Below are positions 18,072-25,670 of a DNA stretch of 64,000 bases, piece by piece. The notes below the pieces were generated by a model, which saw only the letters and a program-made list of their open reading frames with translations, searched no databases and was not told the DNA's origin. Origin of the DNA: Gemmatimonadota bacterium (lineage in GTDB: Bacteria; Latescibacterota; UBA2968; UBA8231); the NCBI GenBank assembly GCA_018672475.1, contig JABHFS010000109.1, forward strand, positions 3,713-67,712. The letters are read 5' to 3'. The stretch's first letter is position 1. Each line of letters begins with the position of its first letter. The position numbers were made by a program, and so were the translations under genes.

Positions 18072-18277
18072 ACATTAGGTGGTAGTGCAGCGAGCATTGG
18101 GAGATTATGGCCAAACAAAAAAACACACCTCCGGACAAAGCGGCCGCTCGGCGGCGGGAGCTAATAAAGCAAGTCAAACATCCCTATATTACGGGGCAGG
18201 GCTTAGACCGCCAGCGCCGCGCAGCGGAAGGGGGAGATCGCGAATCGGGGGCATCGCCTACCAATCCATGAGCTTCC

Positions 18278-18311
18278 TTGTGGAGGACCATTCAGCGCAC
18301 TATATTATAAC
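18278..18311 (+). promoter_or_regulatory. Candidate sigma70-type promoter of the megasynthase operon
   Basis: TTGTGG (18278-18283), 17-nt spacer, TATATT (18301-18306), about 60 nt upstream of the ATG at 18369. Contains the second copy of TATATTATAAC. Confidence 0.4.
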
Positions 18312-18368
18312 CCCAATATAAACTCCGTCTTAGCCCTATCCTGGCCACCGGGCCTACCGCTGTCAGAG

Positions 18369-21300
18369 ATGGGGCTTTTGTCCTTTATGATCAGAGAATT
18401 TTACCAAGACCGCACCGTGTTATTGACCGGGGGCACTGGGTTTTACGGTCAGGGACTGACCGCTAAGATTCTGCGCTATTTGCCCGAGATAAGACGGCTG
18501 TATCTAATCCTGAGACCAAGCCGAGGCCCCGATGGGGTCGCTTTGCCGGTTGACGAGCGTTTACAGGGCCTTTTTGAGCAAGTCGTCTTTGATCGTTTTC
18601 GCCGTGAAGACCCGGCCGCTTTCGCTGTTGCGCGTGGCAAGGTGCGGGCGCTCGCCTGTGATATGAGGGCCCCTGGCCTCGGCTTAGACGATGAGTCGAG
18701 GGCTGAATTGCTCGGCGAAGTCGACCTTATTATTGGCAATGCGGCCAGCGTCACTTTCGATGAAGCGCTCGATTCCGCTATTCAGTTCAATTCCCTGGCG
18801 CCGCAAGAGCTTTTGCAGTTAGCCCGAGAGGGTGCCAAAAAACCCGTTTTGGTGCACGTGTCCACCGTTTATGCGAATGGGCGTCAGACCGGGTCGATTC
18901 CAGAGCAGCCGCTGGCCATCGATCGGACCGTGCAGCAATTGATCGACGGCAACGTGCAGGGGGGCCCCTTCGTGCCAGAAGACGAGGTCGCCAACGCGCA
19001 GGCGCATTGCCGGGCGATACGCGAACGGGCGGAAAGCCAGGAGCAACAAGGGGAATTCCGCCGCGAGATCGTCGAAAAGAGCTATAGCCGCGAATTATCG
19101 GACAGCCGTTTGCAAAAGCTGTTAGCTGATCGCAGCCGGCGTTGGACTGAAAGCGAGTTGGTTAAGGAGGGGATGCGTCGGGCCAGGCTCTACGGTTGGA
19201 ACGATGTCTATACCTTTACGAAGGCGATGGGAGAGCAATTGTTGGTCAAGCACCGGGGCGAGGTGCCGCTGGTCATCGTGCGGCCCAGTACCACTGAGGG
19301 CGCGCTGACAGACCCACATCCAGGCTGGATTCACGGCCTGAAGGTGACCGATCCACTGGTCGTAGCCTACGGTCGGGGATTGGTTTCCGATTTTCCGGCC
19401 GCGCTCGGCGCGCCGATGGACCTGGTCCCGGTAGATATTGTCGTCAATACGGTGCTGACGGCGGCGACAAGGGCCCACAGCGACGGGGTGGAGGTTTATC
19501 ACGCCGCGACGAGCGGCGAGAACCCGTTGCCCAATACGCGGATGTTCAAGTATATCAAAGCGTATTTCGAGGAATTTCCGCTACTAAACAAGGACGGGAC
19601 TTGCCCTGAGTTGGTGGATTGGACCTTTCCATCGGTGCAGCAATTCCAGCGGGTCTTTAATTGGAGATACCTCTATCCGTTGAAATTAAAACAACGAATC
19701 TACGACCGCCTGCCCGAGCGTTGGGCGTCCGCGAGTAAGAAGCGACGGCTGGCGGCGATCAACACGCGGCTCAAACGGGTGCAGTATTTCACCGATCTGT
19801 TTAGCCCTTATACGACCTTGGATTGCCGCTACGAGGCCGTGCGGATGTTGGCTCTTTACGAGTCGTTGCCACCGGAAGAGCAGCGGATCTTCAATATGGA
19901 TGTGCGGCAGATAGATTGGTTCGAGTATTACCAAAAGACCCACCTGCCCGGTCTGCGCCGTCATGAATTGGGCGGGGGAGGTGATGAGGAGCCATTGCGG
20001 GCGGCTCCTGGGGAAGAAATGGGTGGCGAGGAAAGCCGTTGGCAGATTGAAGAGGAGATCCGCACCATTCCGGATCTCTTGCGCGCGGTCAGCAGTCGGT
20101 ATGCGGCTAAGACCGCGTTGCAGATAGAACGCCCGTCGGGTTGGAAGCGGGTTAGTTATGGCGAATTGTTGGGCAATGCCGAAACTATGGCACGCTACTG
20201 GCAGGCCGAGGGTTTGTCGAGCGGGGACCGGGTTTTATTGTGCGGAGAAAATAGTCCGGAGTGGGTTGTCGCTTATATGGCCGCGAGCCTTCTCGGCCTA
20301 GTGGTAGTGCCGGTCGATCCGCAGACCCGCGAGGTGGATATCTGGGCTTTGTGCGATTTTGTCGAAGCTCGCGCGCTTATCGTTACAGAGAAACGCTTCT
20401 CTCAGCTGTCCCCTGAGGGCGTGATCGCCCACAAGCAGATGTCCTTTAATAGTATTGACCGCGAGGGCATGTCTTTTGGCGGCAAGGAGTCTACTGGCTC
20501 GGCGGTCGGGAGAGGAAGCTGGCAGGCTGCGCGGGTCGAGCCCGATGATTTGGCCTCGATAATTTTCACCTCTGCTATTGAACCGCGCGGGGTAGAACTG
20601 AGTCACGGCAACTTCGTTGCGAATCTATTGGTCTTGGCCGAAGTGCAAGCACTTTACGAGCAAGACCGCGTGCTTTCGACGCTGCCTTTACACCACGCAC
20701 TCGAATTTACGGGCGGCTTGTTGGTGCCGCTTTTGGGGGGGGCGACGATTACCTATTTAGAGGCCCTCAATAGCCGCGAGATTTTGCGGATGATGCGAGA
20801 CACAGGCACGACGGCCCTGTTGACTGTGCCGCGCCTGTTGCGGATTGTGGCCGATCGTATCACGCGTTTGCGGCCGCCAGAGGAGCGGGAACCGGCGCTG
20901 GCCAGATTGCGTTTGCTCGTTAGTGGCGGTGCGGCGCTGACGGAGGAATTGCGCCTCACTTATGAACGACTGGGGGTGACGGTATATCAGGGCTATGGAT
21001 TAAGCGAGGCCGCGCCGGTCGTTGCGGTGAACGCACCGGGGCAGTGCAAGGCGTTGTCGGTGGGGAAAGTGTTGCCCGGGCAGGAGGTGCGGGTTGCCGA
21101 CCCGAACAAGCTTGGTGTCGGCGAGATTCTGGTGCGGGGCGCTAATGTGACGCGGGGCTATTTCTCCCGCTCCGATCTGAGCCAAGAGCTATTGTCCGAC
21201 GGGTGGATGCACACCGGCGATTTGGGCTATTTAGACCGCGAGGGATATCTTTTTATAGAAGGTCGTTGTAAGGATTTGATCGTTACGGGCGCCGGTAAAA

Positions 21301-22619
21301 ATATCTATCCGCAAGAGGTAGAATCTCTATATGCTGATTTGCCGCACGTAGCCGAGTTAGCGGTCGTCGGCGTGTTTGCCGAGCGCACTGAAGGCGAAGA
21401 AGTGCATGGGATTGCGGTGCTCGAACGGGGTGGGCAGGAGCAAGAGGTGTTGCGGGAGGCCGTTATTGGGAGCGTCTACGAAATCGCGCGTTCGCTGCCG
21501 AGTTATCACCGGATTCACCGGCTACACATCTGGACGCACCCCTTGCCGCGCACTGACGACGGGGCCGTAGATCGTCAGGCGTTACTCGTCGAACTCGAAG
21601 GGGATTTGCGAACGAGCACGGAGCCGATAGACTCGTTGCCGCCGTGGGAACAGGCAATCTATCGGCGGATCGGTCAGATTTCGGGTTTGAGCCCTGGCGA
21701 GGTCGCCGCGCACGCCGATGTGCCGCTCGATACTGTGCTGGATTCGCTGATGGCTGTGGAATTCGCCGCGTTGCTCGAAACGCGTTTGGGGATCCGTCTT
21801 AACGGAATGGACCGTTCACAGGATACCTTGCGAAAGGTGCTGGCCCCGTATGAATCGGACCTTAAGGGAGTGGTCGATTGGGGGGTGGAGGGGCAAGCAT
21901 CCGGGTACTGGGCGCAGACCCTGGAGGCGGTGCCTGAGGCGGTGCCTGAGGCGGAAAAAATAGCCAGCACCGGCAAGAAAATGGTGCAAGGGGCCGTATG
22001 GGGGGTGGGGGGGTCCTTGTTTCGCAAATACTTCGACATTGGCGCCAGCGGGTTGCAGCATTTGCCACAGGATCGACCCTATTTGATCGCCGCCAACCAC
22101 GCCAGCCATCTCGATGGCCCGAGCGTCTATGCGGCGGTGCGTTCCCGGGTGGACGAACTCAATGTCATCGCCGCGCAAGATTATTTCACCGACGCGGAGT
22201 TGGGGGGCTGGTTTTCAGATGCTCTAGTCAACGCCGTGCCGCTCGATGGCCACGGCGATTTCGCGCAAAGCCTGGTACGGGCACGACAGTTGGTCGGTGT
22301 CCGGCGGCCGCTGCTAGTCTTTCCCGAGGGGACCCGCTCCGCAAGCGGGCAATTGCAACCCTTTAAGGCCGGTGTCGGGCTGTTGGCCTATGAGATGGGT
22401 GTGCCCGTGGTGCCCTTGCATATCGCCGGCACTGAGGAAGCATTGCCGCGGGGTAGCCGCAAGCCGGCGAGCCATCCCTTGCGACTGCTCTTCGGCCTGC
22501 CCCTCGAAATAGACGCTTTCAAAGGGCGCGACGATGCTTTGAATGCCTACGAGGTCTATCGCGAGATCGCCGAGTCGCTCAAGCGGCAGATCGAGGCGTT
22601 GGGGCGAAAGAATATCTGA
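18369..22619 (+). CDS. Multidomain lipid megasynthase: fatty acyl reductase (NAD-binding + FAR_C), AMP-dependent acyl ligase, carrier protein, PlsC-type acyltransferase (ElbD-like architecture)
   Basis: 1416 aa. FAR domain: LLTGGTGFYGQ, YTFTKAMGEQ. FAR C-terminal-like region: aa ~390-530. Ligase: YQGYGLSEA, WMHTGDLGYLDREGYLFIEGRCKDLIV, GKNIYPQEVE. Carrier: DTVLDSLMAVEF. Acyltransferase: NHASHLDG (HX4D), FPEGTRS. Confidence 0.9.
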   Translation: MGLLSFMIREFYQDRTVLLTGGTGFYGQGLTAKILRYLPEIRRLYLILRPSRGPDGVALPVDERLQGLFEQVVFDRFRREDPAAFAVARGKVRALACDMRAPGLGLDDESRAELLGEVDLIIGNAASVTFDEALDSAIQFNSLAPQELLQLAREGAKKPVLVHVSTVYANGRQTGSIPEQPLAIDRTVQQLIDGNVQGGPFVPEDEVANAQAHCRAIRERAESQEQQGEFRREIVEKSYSRELSDSRLQKLLADRSRRWTESELVKEGMRRARLYGWNDVYTFTKAMGEQLLVKHRGEVPLVIVRPSTTEGALTDPHPGWIHGLKVTDPLVVAYGRGLVSDFPAALGAPMDLVPVDIVVNTVLTAATRAHSDGVEVYHAATSGENPLPNTRMFKYIKAYFEEFPLLNKDGTCPELVDWTFPSVQQFQRVFNWRYLYPLKLKQRIYDRLPERWASASKKRRLAAINTRLKRVQYFTDLFSPYTTLDCRYEAVRMLALYESLPPEEQRIFNMDVRQIDWFEYYQKTHLPGLRRHELGGGGDEEPLRAAPGEEMGGEESRWQIEEEIRTIPDLLRAVSSRYAAKTALQIERPSGWKRVSYGELLGNAETMARYWQAEGLSSGDRVLLCGENSPEWVVAYMAASLLGLVVVPVDPQTREVDIWALCDFVEARALIVTEKRFSQLSPEGVIAHKQMSFNSIDREGMSFGGKESTGSAVGRGSWQAARVEPDDLASIIFTSAIEPRGVELSHGNFVANLLVLAEVQALYEQDRVLSTLPLHHALEFTGGLLVPLLGGATITYLEALNSREILRMMRDTGTTALLTVPRLLRIVADRITRLRPPEEREPALARLRLLVSGGAALTEELRLTYERLGVTVYQGYGLSEAAPVVAVNAPGQCKALSVGKVLPGQEVRVADPNKLGVGEILVRGANVTRGYFSRSDLSQELLSDGWMHTGDLGYLDREGYLFIEGRCKDLIVTGAGKNIYPQEVESLYADLPHVAELAVVGVFAERTEGEEVHGIAVLERGGQEQEVLREAVIGSVYEIARSLPSYHRIHRLHIWTHPLPRTDDGAVDRQALLVELEGDLRTSTEPIDSLPPWEQAIYRRIGQISGLSPGEVAAHADVPLDTVLDSLMAVEFAALLETRLGIRLNGMDRSQDTLRKVLAPYESDLKGVVDWGVEGQASGYWAQTLEAVPEAVPEAEKIASTGKKMVQGAVWGVGGSLFRKYFDIGASGLQHLPQDRPYLIAANHASHLDGPSVYAAVRSRVDELNVIAAQDYFTDAELGGWFSDALVNAVPLDGHGDFAQSLVRARQLVGVRRPLLVFPEGTRSASGQLQPFKAGVGLLAYEMGVPVVPLHIAGTEEALPRGSRKPASHPLRLLFGLPLEIDAFKGRDDALNAYEVYREIAESLKRQIEALGRKNI

Positions 22620-22620
22620 T

Positions 22621-23385
22621 ATGTATCCCTATCTGCTTGAGATCGGCCCGATTACCATCGCCAGTTTCGGCGCGATGGTCGCATTGGGTTTTATCGCCGC
22701 GCTGTACATCCTGAATCTGGACTTCAAACGAAAAGGGTTCGATGACGAGTTGGGCTCGACGATTATCACGACCTGTATGGTCGGCGGCGTGCTCGGGGCC
22801 AAGCTCTACTTCGTCCTATTCGAAACACCGCCGAACCAAGACTGGGAGACTATTTTTGGCCAAGTATTTTCGGGTTATGGCCTGACTTGGTATGGCGGTT
22901 TTGTCGTTGCTTCAGCTGGGGTCATCTGGCAAATTCGCCGCCATAACGTGCCGCTGGGCCAGGTCGTCGACTCGGTGAGCATCGCGCTGGCGCTGGGCTA
23001 TGCGATTGGGCGGATCGGTTGTCAATTGGCTGGCGACGGTGACTATGGCGTAGCGACCGACCTGCCCTGGGCGATGGCCTATCCGGACGGCGTGGTCCCG
23101 ACGCTGGAAAAGGTACATCCCGCGCCGGTCTATGAAACGCTCTCGCACTTAGGGATCGCAGGGTTGCTCTGGAGTTTGCGGATGCGCATTCAACCGCCGG
23201 GGCTTCTGTTCGCCATCTATCTGGTATTGGCGGGGGGCGCGCGATTTATGGTGGAGTCGATCCGGTTGAACCCGCGGGTCCTTTGGGGGTTTAGTGAAGC
23301 GCAGTTGATCAGCATCGCCTTTATGGTGTTTGGTTTATTTTTGGCGGCTCGGTTGCATTTTAAGGTTAAGGAAGAGTCAAATTGA
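22621..23385 (+). CDS. lgt: Prolipoprotein diacylglyceryl transferase family protein (Lgt paralog or ortholog)
   Basis: [45 protein letters not shown] and HPAPVYE are Lgt motifs. The ATG at 22621 is 1 nt after the megasynthase stop. The track ORF's 26 upstream codons lie inside the previous gene. Confidence 0.85.
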   Translation: MYPYLLEIGPITIASFGAMVALGFIAALYILNLDFKRKGFDDELGSTIITTCMVGGVLGAKLYFVLFETPPNQDWETIFGQVFSGYGLTWYGGFVVASAGVIWQIRRHNVPLGQVVDSVSIALALGYAIGRIGCQLAGDGDYGVATDLPWAMAYPDGVVPTLEKVHPAPVYETLSHLGIAGLLWSLRMRIQPPGLLFAIYLVLAGGARFMVESIRLNPRVLWGFSEAQLISIAFMVFGLFLAARLHFKVKEESN

Positions 23386-24854
23386 CGGAAAAAGTGCGGT
23401 ATCCCCGCGTATCGAGCTTTAAAAAAACGGACGATTTTCGCGCCCATCTCGAGAAGGTGGATGCGGTGATGCCCTGTGATGATGCTATTGAGACGGCCCC
23501 GGCTTCGCCGCTGGCGCAGTCGGCCGAAGTCGGCGGGGTGCGCATCGGCAACCGCTTTGCGATCCAGCCGATGGAGGGTTGGGACGGCAATGAAAAGGGC
23601 GAGCCTAGTGATTTGACCCGTCGCCGCTGGCGAAATTTCGGTCTCAGCGGCGCCAAACTGATTTGGGGCGGGGAAGCTTTCGCGGTCGTGCCGGAGGGGC
23701 GCGCCAATCCGAACCAACTAATGGCGCTGGAGGGAAATCGCGCGGGCATGGCCGAGTTGCGCGACATTCTACTCGCGGCCCATAACGAGCGCTTTGGTAA
23801 GACCGATGACGTGTTATTGGGTTTGCAGTTGACGCATTCGGGGCGCTTCTGCCGGCCCTTTCGCAAGGACCGGATGGAACCGGCGATCCTCTATCGCCAT
23901 CCGATTCTCGATCGCAAATTCGGTATCGACGCCGATTATCCATTGATCGAAGACGCCTATATCGAAATGTTGATCGACCGCTATGTCGTCGCCGCGAAGA
24001 TCGCCTGGGAATTGGGCTACCACTTCGTCGATGTCAAGCATTGCCACGGCTATCTTGGACACGAGTTTCTGGGGGCATTTACCCGCGAGGGGCCCTATGG
24101 TGGTTCTTTTGAGAATCGCACGCGTTTTGTTCGCCAGATTATCGCGGGGATTCGCGCCGAAGCTCCGGGCCTAGGGATCGGTGTACGTTTGAGCCTCTTC
24201 GATTTTGTGCCATTTATGCCTGATCCAAACGAAGGGGAGGATGGCAAGCTGGGGCGGGGCATACCCGAACCGCATACGGACTTTCTGCCTTATCAATACG
24301 GCTTCGGGCTGTCTCAAGATGATCCGCTGCAAATCGATTTGGGAGAAGCGGAACAGTTTATTACACTGCTCGAAGGGCTCGGCGTTGAATTGTTTAACTT
24401 ATCATGTGGAAGCCCCTATTATAATCCGCATATCCAACGTCCGGCGCTTTTTCCGCCTTCGGATGGATATCAACCGCCGGAAGACCCGCTTTGCGGTGTG
24501 GCGCGTCAGGTGGCCGCAGTTGCTCGGGTTAAAGCGCGCTTTCCAGGTCCGCTTATCGTCGGTTCGGGTTACTCGTATCTGCAGGAGTACTTGCCGCATG
24601 TTGGGCAGGCGTTGGTGCGAGAGGGGATGGTCGATTTCATCGGCTTGGGGCGGATGGTATTGTCCTATCCGGATTTGCCTCGCGACGTTTTAGAAGAGGG
24701 GCAGATGAAACGCAAGTATATCTGCCGTACATTCTCAGATTGCACGACGGCGCCGCGCAATGGGATGGTCTCGGGGTGTTTTCCGCTCGACCCATTTTAT
24801 AAAGAGCGTGAGGAGGCGGTGCGGATGAAAGAGCTTAAGAAGGCTTTGAAATAA
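23382..24854 (+). CDS. NADH:flavin oxidoreductase, Old Yellow Enzyme family (long form)
   Basis: 490 aa. [21 protein letters not shown] and [15 protein letters not shown] are OYE TIM-barrel motifs. The TTG start at 23382 overlaps the lgt stop (TTGA), so the start is somewhat uncertain. Confidence 0.8.
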   Translation: MTEKVRYPRVSSFKKTDDFRAHLEKVDAVMPCDDAIETAPASPLAQSAEVGGVRIGNRFAIQPMEGWDGNEKGEPSDLTRRRWRNFGLSGAKLIWGGEAFAVVPEGRANPNQLMALEGNRAGMAELRDILLAAHNERFGKTDDVLLGLQLTHSGRFCRPFRKDRMEPAILYRHPILDRKFGIDADYPLIEDAYIEMLIDRYVVAAKIAWELGYHFVDVKHCHGYLGHEFLGAFTREGPYGGSFENRTRFVRQIIAGIRAEAPGLGIGVRLSLFDFVPFMPDPNEGEDGKLGRGIPEPHTDFLPYQYGFGLSQDDPLQIDLGEAEQFITLLEGLGVELFNLSCGSPYYNPHIQRPALFPPSDGYQPPEDPLCGVARQVAAVARVKARFPGPLIVGSGYSYLQEYLPHVGQALVREGMVDFIGLGRMVLSYPDLPRDVLEEGQMKRKYICRTFSDCTTAPRNGMVSGCFPLDPFYKEREEAVRMKELKKALK

Positions 24855-24925
24855 AGCCGTTTGGAGATATTATCTATCAGTGTTAAAAATAGACAAAATG
24901 CATCCTGTTGAGGGGAGCTGAGCTA

Positions 24926-25657
24926 ATGAGTGCGTTTGTGGACAAGGTAGTGGTGGTCACAGGTGCTGGCACGGGGATTGGCGAGGCCGTAGCCCGAGGA
25001 TTTGTTGATGCCGGGGCGCGGGTGGTTTTTGTCGGCCGACGAACCGAGAAACTGGTAGTGGCCGCCGCCGGTCTTGATGCAGAGCGGGTGATGCTGCGGT
25101 CGTGTGACGTGGCCGACCGCGAGGCCGTTGACGCTTTGGCGGCCGAAGTCGCGGCCGAATGGGGCACCGTCGATATTCTGGTCAATAACGCCGGGACCAA
25201 TTCCAATCCGCGCGCTGTCGGCGAGGTCGATCCGCAAGACTGGGATCGGACCATCGCCATTAACCTCACCGGGGTCTACAATATGGTTCGGGCGGTATTG
25301 CCCGGCATGCGTGCTCAGCGGGATGGAGTGGTCATCACGGTCTCTTCGATAGCTGGTCTCAGGGCCAGCAAACTGGCCGGGGCGGCCTACTCGGCCTCAA
25401 AGCACGGTGCAGTGGCTTTGACGCATTCGCTCAACGAAGAAGAAGTGGGAAATGGCATCCGCGCCTGCGCGATATGCCCAGGCGAGGTGGAAACGCCCTT
25501 GCTTGAGAAGCGGCCGGAGCCGGTCGGCGCCGAGCGCCGGGCGGCGATGCTGCAACCCGAGGAATTGGCCAGCACCGTGCTCTTCGTCGCTTCCTTGCCC
25601 CCTCGTGCTTGTGTGCCGGTATTGGTGATCAAACCTACGGTACAGATCTTCCAATAG
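24926..25657 (+). CDS. Short-chain dehydrogenase/reductase (SDR)
   Basis: VVVVTGAGTGIGEA, LVNNAG and YSASKHG. The ATG at 24926 is preceded by AGGGGAG. The track's TTG at 24908 is less likely. Confidence 0.9.
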   Translation: MSAFVDKVVVVTGAGTGIGEAVARGFVDAGARVVFVGRRTEKLVVAAAGLDAERVMLRSCDVADREAVDALAAEVAAEWGTVDILVNNAGTNSNPRAVGEVDPQDWDRTIAINLTGVYNMVRAVLPGMRAQRDGVVITVSSIAGLRASKLAGAAYSASKHGAVALTHSLNEEEVGNGIRACAICPGEVETPLLEKRPEPVGAERRAAMLQPEELASTVLFVASLPPRACVPVLVIKPTVQIFQ

Positions 25658-25670
25658 GCTGGAGGAAACT

